Source of the DNA: an uncultured Clostridia bacterium
Lineage (GTDB): Bacteria > Bacillota > Clostridia > Christensenellales > Borkfalkiaceae
Assembly (NCBI GenBank): GCA_947589565.1
Contig: CANQBW010000001.1
Span: 48,687-112,686 of the forward strand
Reading direction: 5' to 3'
Length of the DNA stretch: 64,000 nucleotides
A program made the position numbers and the translations under genes. The notes under the pieces were generated by a model, which worked only from the letters and a program-made list of their open reading frames with translations, did not search any database and was not told the DNA's origin. This document shows, one piece after another, positions 17,944-27,512 of this stretch. Positions within the stretch are counted from its first letter, which is position 1. Every line of letters starts with the position of its first letter.

Positions 17944-18639
17944 TCAAGACAGTACTTTTCCCACTTTTTCATGCAGGACGAGGTCGCAGCGGTCGTCGTA
18001 GGGTGTCGCGTCGCGGTTGATGAGGACGGAATATCTGCCGCGGAAGTAGTCGATGAATCCCGCCGCGGGATAGACGGAGAGAGAAGTCCCCGCAACGATG
18101 AGCATGTCCGCATGTCTGATCGCGTCGATCGCGCCGCGGACGGTGTCCTCGTCGAGCGGCTCACCGTAGAGGACGACGTCGGGCTTGATAAGTCCCCCGC
18201 AGGGACACTTGGGAACTCCGGAACTTTTCGCAATTTCCTCCGCCGAGAAGAATTTTCCGCATTTGAGGCAGTGATTTCTGTGAATGCTGCCGTGCAGCTC
18301 ATAGACTCGCTTGCTCCCCGCCTTTTGGTGGAGTCCGTCGATGTTCTGGGTGACGATCGCAAGGAGTTTCCCCTCTCTCTCCCACTCGGCGAGCTTTTTG
18401 TGCGCGGCGTTGGGCTGCGCCCAAAGCGGGAGCATCTTGTCCCGATAAAATTTATAAAATTCCTCGGTATGCGAGAAAAAGTAGTCGCTCGAGAGAATGG
18501 TCTCGGGCGGAACATCGTATTTTTGCCGATAGAGCCCGTCCTCCGAACGAAAGTCGGGAATGCCGCTCTCCGTCGAGACCCCCGCCCCGCCGAAAAAGAC
18601 GATCTTCGAGCTCTCTTCGATCATTTCTTGAAAAGTCAT
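17944..18639 (-). CDS. cobB: NAD-dependent protein deacylase (Sir2 family)
   Basis: GAGVSTESGIPDFRS, TQNIDGLH, and the Zn ribbon CLKC...CPCGG. Confidence 0.9.
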   Translation of the reverse strand: MTFQEMIEESSKIVFFGGAGVSTESGIPDFRSEDGLYRQKYDVPPETILSSDYFFSHTEEFYKFYRDKMLPLWAQPNAAHKKLAEWEREGKLLAIVTQNIDGLHQKAGSKRVYELHGSIHRNHCLKCGKFFSAEEIAKSSGVPKCPCGGLIKPDVVLYGEPLDEDTVRGAIDAIRHADMLIVAGTSLSVYPAAGFIDYFRGRYSVLINRDATPYDDRCDLVLHEKVGKVLS

Positions 18640-18669
18640 ATATTTCTCCCGATTTCTACGAAAAGCATC

Positions 18670-18945
18670 CTTCTGTCATTCTGAGTGGAGCGAAGCGGAA
18701 TCGAAGAATCCCCCCGGTCATTATACAAGAAGTATTGCGCTTCCCTACGCCGCTCTATTTTCCCTATTATAACATATCCAACCAAAAATTTCAACAAAAA
18801 TCACGGGTTACTTTTTCGTTTTCCCCTGTCATCCTGAGCGGAGTGGCGTAGCCACGAAGTCGACGACGCGCCATTCTATTGTTTTTCCAAGCGCGGCGCA
18901 CGAGCCGTAAGCGAGTAATGGATCCCCCCGATCGTTAGATTGTTG
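18670..18945. repeat. modular repeat block R3
   Basis: 18673-18713 reads TGTCATTCTGAGTGGAGCGAAGCGGAATCGAAGAATCCCC. 18828-18929 is a module A copy with an extra GTGGCGTAGCCAC hairpin, and from 18850 on it is near-identical to 831-915. Confidence 0.8.
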
Positions 18946-19013
18946 TATTTTTCTTCACTCTCCCGAACATTTCCTGCGGGATAATTTCTTTTTCAAGGAA
19001 AATACTGTTTTTG

Positions 19014-21362
19014 ATGAAAAAATCTATCAAAATTCTTTTGATCGCGCTCGGCGTGCCGCTTTTGATCTTGATTGGGGCTGTCATCTTTTACTGTTCGGTG
19101 ACGGCGGGCGTCAAGCTCGATTTGAGCAAGCTCACATTGAACCAAACCACCGTCGAAATTTTCGATCGCCACGGCGATCCCGTCGAAAAGGAGAGCGCGG
19201 GAGAGATCGTCCCCTTCGACGAACTCCCCAAGTCCGCTCCCCTCGCCTTTGTCGCCGTCGAGGACAAACGGTTTTACGAGCACAACGGTCTCGACTATAA
19301 GCGCATTGCAAAGGCAGCCCTCATCAACCTGAAGAGTTTCTCCTTCCGCGAGGGAGCCTCGACCATCTCCCAGCAGCTCATCAAAAACACCCATCTCTCC
19401 AACGAAAAGACCCTCACGCGGAAGCTCAAGGAAATGAAACTCACCCGTCAGATGGAGAAGACGCTCTCAAAGGACGAAATTTTAGAGCTCTATCTCAACA
19501 CGATCTACTTCGGGCACAGCGCCTTCGGCATTGAAAATGCGGCAAACTTCTACTTCGGACACAGTGCAAGAGAACTTCTTCCCGCGGAGAGCGCGACGCT
19601 CGCCGCCCTCGTCAAATCCCCCAACCGCTATTCCCCCTTCCAGGATCCCGAAAAATGCCTCTCCCGCAGAAATTTTGTCTTGAAGCTCATGAAGGAGCAG
19701 CAAATTCTCTCCGAGGAAGAGTACAAAACGGCAAAACAAGTCCCCCTTCCCACGGAGCCGACCCTCTCGAAAAAGAGGAGCTTTTATCTGACCTACGTCT
19801 TTGAGGAGCTCTCCGAAATTTTCCCCGACTTTCGATCGGGCGATTCGCTGCGCGTCTACACCTATCTCGACAAAAATTTGCAGGAAACGCTCGAACGGGA
19901 GGAGACGACAAGCGACGTCATTCGCCTTGTGCGGGGAAATGCGGACAACTCCATCAAGGCGATCCATTCGACCTGCGGGATCCCCAAGCGGCTGCCCGCC
20001 TCCACCATCAAGCCGCTCGCAGTCTACGCGCCCGCGATCGAGGAAGACCTGCTCTCCCCCGCGACTCCCATTCTCGACGAGAAAATTTCCTTCTCGGACT
20101 ACTCCCCCAAAAATTACTCGGGAAACTACGAGGGCTACATGAGCGCACGCTACGCCCTCTCGCGGAGCGTCAATGTGCCCGCCGTGAAAGTTTTAAATTC
20201 TCTCGGGATCGACAAGGCGGCAAAATATCTCGAAAAGATGGGACTTTCGATTCCGGAAGAGGACAAGACGCTCGCCCTCGCCCTCGGCGGCATGAAAGAA
20301 GGGTTCTCCCTTCCCGCCCTCGCGGACGCCTATTCGGTCTTTGCAAGGGAGGGAGCATTCTCCTCCTCTTCGACGATCGCGAAAGTGGAAAACAAGGCGG
20401 GCGAACTTCTCTATGACAGAAGGACGCTCTCTGCCACCAAAAACGGAGAGGGCGAAAACAAAGTTTTTTCGGAAGAGACCTGCGTTCTCATCAACGACAT
20501 GCTCAAGACCGCAGCAAAGGAGGGAACGGCGAGAAAGCTCAAAAGTCTCCCCTTTTCGGTGTGCGCCAAGACGGGCACGGCGGGAAACGATCGCGGAAAC
20601 ACCGACGCTTACACGATCGCCTACACCTATGAGGACGTCGTCGCCGTCTGGCTGGGAAACAGGGACAATTCCCCCATTCAAGAGACAGGCGGGGGTGCGG
20701 CGGCAAATGAGACGCTCCGCATTTTAAAGGCGCTCTATAAAGAGCATTCGCCCGAGGAATTTCCCGCTTCGGAGAATGTCGTCACCGTCGCCTTAGACCG
20801 CGAGGAATATGAGGAAAATCATCGGCTGCTCGTCATGGACCCGACCGCGCCCGACTATCTTGCCCTGCATGAGCTCTTCAAAAAGTCGGCGATCCCCGAG
20901 GGCACGAGCACCAAGTTCCATGCGCCGAAAATACAAAAACCGCTCATTTCTGTGAAAAATGGAGCGGTTGAGATAATACTATGTCAGACATATTACTATG
21001 ATTACGAGGTAAAAAGAGAAAGTGAAGGTCAAATTTCCGTCATTTACAGGGGAAGTTACCGAAAAAACATCGTAGATAACTCCGTGCAGGGCGGAAAGCG
21101 CTACACCTATACGATCACCCCCTTCTATCAGGGGATCGAGGGCGAGAGCATCACACTCCCCTCCGTCTTTGTCGAAAGCAAAGAGGAACTTCCCGACGAT
21201 TGGTGGGAAACTTACAATTTGAACTCCTCTTTGGATTTCAATGCTTCTTCGATCAATTCCTTTACAGGGAGCTTATTCTCCTCTTCTTCCACAAAGCGAA
21301 GGTTCGGCTTGATCGCGGGAAAGTCGGGCAGAAAGACCGTGCAGCAGTCCTCAAACGGCTGA
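19014..21362 (+). CDS. class A penicillin-binding protein (glycosyltransferase + transpeptidase)
   Basis: The track ORF starts at TTG 19011; ATG 19014 gives MKKSIKILL. GT51 motifs EDKRFYEHNG and GASTISQQ. Transpeptidase motifs STIKP, SRS.N and KTGT. The last ~50 codons overlap thiI on the opposite strand. Confidence 0.9.
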   Translation: MKKSIKILLIALGVPLLILIGAVIFYCSVTAGVKLDLSKLTLNQTTVEIFDRHGDPVEKESAGEIVPFDELPKSAPLAFVAVEDKRFYEHNGLDYKRIAKAALINLKSFSFREGASTISQQLIKNTHLSNEKTLTRKLKEMKLTRQMEKTLSKDEILELYLNTIYFGHSAFGIENAANFYFGHSARELLPAESATLAALVKSPNRYSPFQDPEKCLSRRNFVLKLMKEQQILSEEEYKTAKQVPLPTEPTLSKKRSFYLTYVFEELSEIFPDFRSGDSLRVYTYLDKNLQETLEREETTSDVIRLVRGNADNSIKAIHSTCGIPKRLPASTIKPLAVYAPAIEEDLLSPATPILDEKISFSDYSPKNYSGNYEGYMSARYALSRSVNVPAVKVLNSLGIDKAAKYLEKMGLSIPEEDKTLALALGGMKEGFSLPALADAYSVFAREGAFSSSSTIAKVENKAGELLYDRRTLSATKNGEGENKVFSEETCVLINDMLKTAAKEGTARKLKSLPFSVCAKTGTAGNDRGNTDAYTIAYTYEDVVAVWLGNRDNSPIQETGGGAAANETLRILKALYKEHSPEEFPASENVVTVALDREEYEENHRLLVMDPTAPDYLALHELFKKSAIPEGTSTKFHAPKIQKPLISVKNGAVEIILCQTYYYDYEVKRESEGQISVIYRGSYRKNIVDNSVQGGKRYTYTITPFYQGIEGESITLPSVFVESKEELPDDWWETYNLNSSLDFNASSINSFTGSLFSSSSTKRRFGLIAGKSGRKTVQQSSNG
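20966..20995. promoter_or_regulatory. 30-bp palindrome-containing element, copy E (inside the PBP gene)
   Basis: Plus strand reads GGTTGAGATAATACTATGTCAGACATATTA. It has the perfect TATGTCAGACATA core. The flanks are themselves partly symmetric (ATAATAC / GTATTAT-like), so orientation is ambiguous. Confidence 0.4.
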
Positions 21363-22363
21363 ATGGACGTCTCGTAGGAGCCGATCTTTTTGGAGAGCTC
21401 GATGATCTCATCCTTGTCGAATCCGATGAGCGGACGAAGGACGGGAAGGGTTACGACCGCATTCGACGAGGTGATCCCCTCGATCGTCTGGCTTGCGACC
21501 TGTCCCAAACTCTCCCCCGTTATGAGGCAGTTTGCGCACGTTTCCTTTGCGACGATCTCGGCGATGCGGAACATGAATCTCCTTAAAAGCGTTACATTGA
21601 GTTCCTTTGCGCAGGTCTTATGAATTTCTTCCTGAATGTGGGCGACGTTGACCGTGATGAGGCTCTCCGAGAGGGAGTATCCCGACAGAATTTTGCTCAA
21701 CGTCTTGACCTTTTCCTTCGCGCCGTCGTTGGTGTAAGGGTAGCTGTGGAAGTGCAAAAGTTTTACGCCCATGCCGCGCTTTGCCATCATGTAGCCCGCG
21801 ACGGGAGAGTCGATCCCCCCCGAAATGAGAAGGAGCCCCTTCCCGGAAGTTCCGACGGGCATTCCGCCCGCCCCCTTTTCGTAGGAGCCGAAGACGAGCG
21901 CGGTGCCGTTTTCGCGGATATCGAGATACACTGTGTGTTCGGGGGTGTGAACGTCCACTTTCAAAGAGGGAAAATCGTGCAGCAGTCTTCCCCCGATCGC
22001 AGCGCTCAGCTCCATGCTCGTCATGGGGTATTTTTTATCGGCGCGATGGGTGTCCACCTTGAAAGTGCCGTCTTGTGGTGCAAACAGCTTTGCCGCCGCA
22101 TAAATTTCGTCGAGAGAATTTCCGACGACCAGCCCCCGCGAATAGGAATGAATGCCGAACACCCGTTTAAGGCGGGACATAATTTCCTCTTCCAACTCCT
22201 CGGGATAGCCTGCAAGCAGATATCTGCCGCTCGTGCGGTGCAGTTCATGGCGAATGCCGCGCATCGCACGCTCCAAATTGACCATAAAAATTCGCTCGAA
22301 GAAGCCGCGGTTCTTTCCCTTCAGATGAATTTCAGAATATCGAATGATGATGACTCTCTCCAT
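21212..22363 (-). CDS. thiI: tRNA 4-thiouridine synthase ThiI (no rhodanese domain)
   Basis: Start set to ATG 22363 (MERVIIIRYSEIHLKGKNR), which shares one base with the nifS TGA. PP-loop motif LLISGGIDSPVA. Confidence 0.9.
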   Translation of the reverse strand: MERVIIIRYSEIHLKGKNRGFFERIFMVNLERAMRGIRHELHRTSGRYLLAGYPEELEEEIMSRLKRVFGIHSYSRGLVVGNSLDEIYAAAKLFAPQDGTFKVDTHRADKKYPMTSMELSAAIGGRLLHDFPSLKVDVHTPEHTVYLDIRENGTALVFGSYEKGAGGMPVGTSGKGLLLISGGIDSPVAGYMMAKRGMGVKLLHFHSYPYTNDGAKEKVKTLSKILSGYSLSESLITVNVAHIQEEIHKTCAKELNVTLLRRFMFRIAEIVAKETCANCLITGESLGQVASQTIEGITSSNAVVTLPVLRPLIGFDKDEIIELSKKIGSYETSIQPFEDCCTVFLPDFPAIKPNLRFVEEEENKLPVKELIEEALKSKEEFKL

Positions 22364-23469
22364 CAGAGTTTCTCCTTCCACTCCCGTGCGCACGCATTCA
22401 ATGCGTCTGCCGCGGTCAAAATTTCCTTCTCCGTGATCTCGGGGAAAAAGCTCATGCGAAGGACGCCGTCAAGTACGTCCTCGGGATACCCGCACGCCTT
22501 TAAAATGCGGCTGTGGGGGTGCTTTGAGGAACACGCGCTCCCCGTTCCGACGATGACGCCGTTTAAATCAAGCATTCTCTGTAAAACTTCCCCCCTCATG
22601 CCCCGCGCCGAGACCGTCAAAATATACGGCGAGCCCGCTTCCGTCGAAATGCGGGTGAAAATTTCCGGGTCGAGGGAGGAAAAGAGCAATTCCCGAAGTT
22701 TTAAAAACTTCTCCGCGCGCACTTTCAGATCCTTCAGCTCCTGCGCCGCATAGAAAAAGCACAAAATTCCGAGTACATTCTCGGTGCCGCTCCTGAGATT
22801 CCCCTCCTGTCCGCCGCCGAACAGGTAGCTTTGCGGAAGGGTCCCCTTGCGAAAGAGCAGCGCCCCCGTCCCCTTGATCCCGCCGATCTTGTGGGCGCTG
22901 ACGGAATAGAGGTCGATCTCCTTTCCGAGCCGAACCGGGATCTTTCCGAACGCCTGAACGCCGTCGCTGTGAAATTTGCAGCGCGGATTTTTGCGCTTGA
23001 CCGCCTTGGCGAGAGCATTGATGTCGTTGACCGCCCCCGTCTCGCTGTTGACATGGACGACGGAGACGAGGGAAGTCTTCTCATCCACCAGGGAGAGAAG
23101 CTCCTCTTCCGTCACGCTTCCGTCCTTTTCCACCCTTGCAAATCTCGGCTCCACGCCGAAATCCTTACATTTTTTAAAACAATTCTCCACGGCGGGGTGC
23201 TCCCCCATCGTTGTGACGGCGTTTCCGCGCCGCGCAAAGGAGAAGATCGCCTGATTGTCCGCCTCGGTGCCCCCCGAGGTGAAGAGGAGCGAGAACTCGG
23301 GAAATAACTCCGTGAAAAATTCCCGCGCCCGCTCGATCTCTCTTCGAACATTCACCGCCTCCGCGTACTGCGCGGAGGGATTGAAATAGTTTTCGGCATA
23401 GAACTTCTCCGCCCGCTCAAGCGCTTCTTTCACGGGCGCAGTCGTTGCCGCATTGTCAAGATAGATCAT
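22363..23469 (-). CDS. nifS: cysteine desulfurase (NifS/IscS class V aminotransferase)
   Basis: MIYLDNAATT, SAHKIGGIKGTG (PLP lysine), and GSACSS (active-site Cys loop). Confidence 0.9.
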   Translation of the reverse strand: MIYLDNAATTAPVKEALERAEKFYAENYFNPSAQYAEAVNVRREIERAREFFTELFPEFSLLFTSGGTEADNQAIFSFARRGNAVTTMGEHPAVENCFKKCKDFGVEPRFARVEKDGSVTEEELLSLVDEKTSLVSVVHVNSETGAVNDINALAKAVKRKNPRCKFHSDGVQAFGKIPVRLGKEIDLYSVSAHKIGGIKGTGALLFRKGTLPQSYLFGGGQEGNLRSGTENVLGILCFFYAAQELKDLKVRAEKFLKLRELLFSSLDPEIFTRISTEAGSPYILTVSARGMRGEVLQRMLDLNGVIVGTGSACSSKHPHSRILKACGYPEDVLDGVLRMSFFPEITEKEILTAADALNACAREWKEKL

Positions 23470-26400
23470 TAAAATTCCACTCTGCCTTCATAGACCTTCT
23501 GCACGGCGCCCTCGAGGATAACTCTGCCGTCCGAGGTGTAGCGCACGATGAGGTCGCCCCCCTTGACTTTGACGGTGACGTCGACGTCCCGTTTGCAGAG
23601 CCCCTTCTCGACGCAAGCGACGACTGCCGCCGCCGCGCCCGTTCCGCAGGCATAGGTCTCCCCCGTGCCCCGCTCGAAGGCGCGCATCTTGATCGTCGCC
23701 TCGTTGACAAGACGAATGAAGACGACGCTCGCCTCGTGCGGGAAGTATTTGCTCGAACCGATCTTGGTGCCGAGCTCCTCGACGTCGACGTCCTCCACCC
23801 TGTCGCAGAACATGACGCAGTGGGGCGTTCCGACGCGGACGGGGGTGACGAGGTAGGTGACTTCGTCGATCGTGATGGGAAGATCGAAGTTTCTGTCCCC
23901 CTTGGGAAGTTTCTCAAAGCCGAGAACGGGCGCACCGAGGTCCGCGCTCGCGGATGCGACCGCGCCGCCGAACCGATAGACGCGCACCTCGCGAATGCCG
24001 CCGATCGTCTCGATCTTCATCGCCTCCTTCTTGACTCTTCCCGTCTCATAGAGGTACTTTGCGACGCAGCGCACGGCGTTTCCGACCATGTCGCTCTCCA
24101 TGCCGTCGTGGTCGAAGATGCGCATCCGCGCGTCCGCCTGTTCGGACTTCTCGATGAGGACGATCCCGTCCCCGCCGATCCCATAATGACGGTTTGCAAA
24201 GTTGACCGCGAGGGACTCGGGGCAGGTGATCTCCCCGTTTCCGTCCTCAAACAGGATATAGTCGTTCCCGCAGGACTGCATCTTGACGAAGGAGAGCTGC
24301 AATTTATGCTTGCGGAGACGGTTGATGTCCACGAGCTCGGTGTTGTACTGGGTGAATTTGCTCGCGATGATGTCGCAGAGGGCGTTTGCCGTATCGAGAG
24401 AAGTCAAAACGGTCACGCCGAGCAGCACCGCATGATGATGCAATTCGATATAGTCGTTGATGGAGTCGACGTCCGTCTTTCCCGTGTAGATGATGTAGTC
24501 GATCTTGCCTTGGTCCATGAGCTCGGAGACCTGCTTGGTCGCCTTGAGCCGCTCGACGACCGTGACGTCGATGCCGAGCGCGGAGATCACCTTCGCGGTG
24601 CCCGCCGTCGCATACAGATTGCAGCCGAGGTCGGAGAACTTCTTCGCGATCGAGACGATCTCGAACTTATCCTGGTCGTTGACGGTGAAATACACGCCGA
24701 CGGGGTGCTGTTTGGTCGGATGGCACATCTTGAATCCCGCCGAGACAAGTCCCTTGAAGAGGGCCTCCTCGATCGTCTTGCCGATGCCGAGGACCTCCCC
24801 CGTCGACTTCATCTCGGGGCCGAGTTGGGAGTTGACGTCGTTGAGCTTTTCGAAGCTGAAGACGGGCACCTTGACGGCGACATAGGGAGAATCGGGATAC
24901 AGCCCCGTGCCGTAGCCGAGTCTCTTGAGCTTTGCGCCCGCCATGATCCTGGTCGCAAGCTCCACCATCGGCACCCCCGTGACCTTGGAAATGTAGGGGA
25001 TCGTCCGCGAAGCGCGGGGATTTACCTCAATGACGTACAATTCATTGTGATAAATGAGATATTGAATGTTGATGAGCCCCTTCGTCTTGAGCTCGAGCGC
25101 GAGCTGCGTCGAGACTTCGACGATGCGCTCCTTCATCGCGTCGCTCAAGTGATAAGGCGGGTATACTGCGATGGAGTCCCCCGAGTGGACGCCCGCCCGC
25201 TCCACATGCTGCATGATGCCGGGGATCAGAACGTCCACGCCGTCCGAAATGGCGTCGACTTCGAGCTCCGTGCCCATCAGATACTTGTCGCAGAGGACTG
25301 GATTTTCAATGTGCTGCGACAAAATCACGTCCATATAGCGGGAGATGTCGTTCTCGGTGAAGGCGATCGTCATGTTCTGCCCGCCGATGACATAGGAGGG
25401 CCGCAGAAGGACGGGATAGCCGAGCTTTTCGGCGGCCTCGAAGGCCTGTTCCTTGGTCATGACCGTGAGCCCCTTGGGACGGGCGATGTGATACTGCTCC
25501 AAAAGTTCGTCGAACCGCTCCCTGTCCTCGGCGATGTCGACGCTGTCCGCGCTCGTTCCCAAAATGCGGACTCCCTTCTTGGCAAGGTACCCGCAGAGCT
25601 TGATCGCGGTCTGCCCGCCGAAGGTGATGACGACGCCGTAGGGCTTCTCCACGTCGATGACGTTCTGCACGTCCTCGGGAGTCAAGGACTCGAAGTACAG
25701 CCTGTCCGCCGTATCGAAGTCGGTGGAGACCGTCTCGGGATTGTTGTTGATGATGATGACCTCATAACCGAGGGATTTGAGGGTCCACACGCAGTGGACG
25801 GAGGAATAGTCGAACTCGATGCCCTGTCCGATGCGGATGGGACCGGAGCCGATGACGATGACCCTCTTTTTCTGCGATTTTTTCACGAAGGAGACCGCCT
25901 CGTCGTGCTCCAAGGGGTCGTAGGTCGAATAGAAATAGGGCGTCTGCGCCGAGAACTCGGCGGCGCAGGTGTCGACCATCTTGAAACATGCCCTGCGATG
26001 GGTGACTTTGTTCCCCGTGAGCATCTCGAGGGCAAAGTCGGTGTAGCCGAGCTTCTTCGCCGCAAGATACTCCGCGCGGGTGAGCTTCTTTCCCTTGATA
26101 CTCTGCTCGAAATCCACCAAATTTTTGAGCTTATTTAAAAACCAGCGGTCGATCTTCGTGATGTGGAAAATCTCGTCGGGCGTGATCCCCGCATGAAGAG
26201 CGGCGAAGACGACAAAGAGCCGCTCGTCCGTCATCTTTTCAAGTTCTTGATAGAGCTCCTCTTTGGTGAGCTTGGAGAATTTGGGCGCGTTGAGGGTGGA
26301 CAGAGAAATTTCCGCGCCGCGGACCGCCTTCATGATCGCCTGCTCGAAGGAGGAGCCGATCGCCATGACCTCGCCCGTCGCCTTCATGCGCGAGCCCAAG

Positions 26401-27512
26401 TCCCGCTTCGCATACAAGAATTTATCGAAGGGCCACTTGGGGAGTTTGACGACGACATAGTCGAGCGCGGGCTCGAGGCAGGCGTAGGTCTTGCCCGTGA
26501 CGTCGTTTCTGATCTCGTCGAGGGTATAGCCGAGCGCGATCTTGGTCGCGACCTTTGCGATGGGATAGCCCGTCGCCTTGCTCGCAAGCGCGGAGGAGCG
26601 CGACACGCGCGGATTGACTTCGATGACGGCGTACTCGAAACTGTCGGGATTCAAAGCAAACTGGCAGTTGCATCCCCCCTCGATGCCGAGCTCCGAAATG
26701 ATGTTGATGGAGGCGGTGCGGAGCATCTGATACTCCTTGTCCGAGAGCGTCACGGCGGGCGCGATGACGATGGAATCCCCCGTGTGAATGCCGACGGGGT
26801 CGAAGTTCTCCATGGAACAGACGGTGATAACGTTCCCCGCGCTGTCCCTGATCACTTCGAACTCGATCTCCTTCCATCCGCCGATGTATTTTTCGATGAG
26901 GACCTGCGTGATCGGGGAGAGCATGAGCCCGTTGTGGGCGATGAGACGAAGCTCCTCCTCCGTCCGCGCGACACCCCCTCCCGCGCCGCCCAAGGTAAAG
27001 GCGGGACGCACGATGACGGGATAGCCGAGGCTCTCTGCGATCTTGACGCAGTCCTCTACATGATATGCAATGTCCGAGGGAACGACGGGCTGACCGATCT
27101 TCTTCATCGTCTCCTTGAAGAGTTCCCGGTCCTCGGCACGGTCGATGGCGTCGAGGTTGGCGCCGATGAGTTTGACCCCCCACTCGTCCAAAAATCCGCT
27201 CTTTGCGAGCGTACAGCCCATGGTAAGGCCCGTCTGTCCGCCCAAGGAGGCGAGAAGGGAATCGGGCCTCTCCTTGATGATCACCCGCTTTAAGGAATCC
27301 TCCGTCAGAGGTTCCAAATAAATTTCATCTGCGAGCATTCTGTCCGTCATGATGGTGGCGGGATTGCTGTTGCAGAGCACGACGTTGACCCCCGCGTCCT
27401 TCAGAACGCGGCACGCCTGTGCGCCCGCATAGTCGAACTCGGCGGCTTGTCCGATCACGATGGGACCGGAGCCGATCACCAATACCTTTTTGATCTCACT
27501 TTTCTTGGGCAT
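23469..27512 (-). CDS. carB: carbamoyl-phosphate synthase large subunit fused in frame to diaminopimelate epimerase
   Basis: A single 1347-codon ORF. Residues 1 to about 1070 are canonical CarB: two ATP-grasp halves and an MGS-like tail ending VLTSLDTANAL...INRLRK. The last ~277 aa are DapF: FVKMQSCGNDYI, GNAVRC and ETYACGTGAAAA, with both catalytic Cys present. Confidence 0.85.
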   Translation of the reverse strand: MPKKSEIKKVLVIGSGPIVIGQAAEFDYAGAQACRVLKDAGVNVVLCNSNPATIMTDRMLADEIYLEPLTEDSLKRVIIKERPDSLLASLGGQTGLTMGCTLAKSGFLDEWGVKLIGANLDAIDRAEDRELFKETMKKIGQPVVPSDIAYHVEDCVKIAESLGYPVIVRPAFTLGGAGGGVARTEEELRLIAHNGLMLSPITQVLIEKYIGGWKEIEFEVIRDSAGNVITVCSMENFDPVGIHTGDSIVIAPAVTLSDKEYQMLRTASINIISELGIEGGCNCQFALNPDSFEYAVIEVNPRVSRSSALASKATGYPIAKVATKIALGYTLDEIRNDVTGKTYACLEPALDYVVVKLPKWPFDKFLYAKRDLGSRMKATGEVMAIGSSFEQAIMKAVRGAEISLSTLNAPKFSKLTKEELYQELEKMTDERLFVVFAALHAGITPDEIFHITKIDRWFLNKLKNLVDFEQSIKGKKLTRAEYLAAKKLGYTDFALEMLTGNKVTHRRACFKMVDTCAAEFSAQTPYFYSTYDPLEHDEAVSFVKKSQKKRVIVIGSGPIRIGQGIEFDYSSVHCVWTLKSLGYEVIIINNNPETVSTDFDTADRLYFESLTPEDVQNVIDVEKPYGVVITFGGQTAIKLCGYLAKKGVRILGTSADSVDIAEDRERFDELLEQYHIARPKGLTVMTKEQAFEAAEKLGYPVLLRPSYVIGGQNMTIAFTENDISRYMDVILSQHIENPVLCDKYLMGTELEVDAISDGVDVLIPGIMQHVERAGVHSGDSIAVYPPYHLSDAMKERIVEVSTQLALELKTKGLINIQYLIYHNELYVIEVNPRASRTIPYISKVTGVPMVELATRIMAGAKLKRLGYGTGLYPDSPYVAVKVPVFSFEKLNDVNSQLGPEMKSTGEVLGIGKTIEEALFKGLVSAGFKMCHPTKQHPVGVYFTVNDQDKFEIVSIAKKFSDLGCNLYATAGTAKVISALGIDVTVVERLKATKQVSELMDQGKIDYIIYTGKTDVDSINDYIELHHHAVLLGVTVLTSLDTANALCDIIASKFTQYNTELVDINRLRKHKLQLSFVKMQSCGNDYILFEDGNGEITCPESLAVNFANRHYGIGGDGIVLIEKSEQADARMRIFDHDGMESDMVGNAVRCVAKYLYETGRVKKEAMKIETIGGIREVRVYRFGGAVASASADLGAPVLGFEKLPKGDRNFDLPITIDEVTYLVTPVRVGTPHCVMFCDRVEDVDVEELGTKIGSSKYFPHEASVVFIRLVNEATIKMRAFERGTGETYACGTGAAAAVVACVEKGLCKRDVDVTVKVKGGDLIVRYTSDGRVILEGAVQKVYEGRVEF
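23472..24302 (-). other. dapF: DapF (diaminopimelate epimerase) domain portion of the carB ORF
   Basis: The junction reads ...NRLRKHK|LQLSFVKMQSCGNDYILF at about 24300-24311. There is no stop, and no SD precedes the internal Met codon at 24281. Confidence 0.8.

Noticed and set aside
23445-26138. An 897-aa plus-strand ORF, the longest alternative frame in the window.
   Set aside because: It lies entirely antisense to carB, whose translation matches CPSase motifs throughout. Its own translation is an R/D/G/E/L-rich low-complexity string typical of the antisense frame of GC-rich coding DNA.
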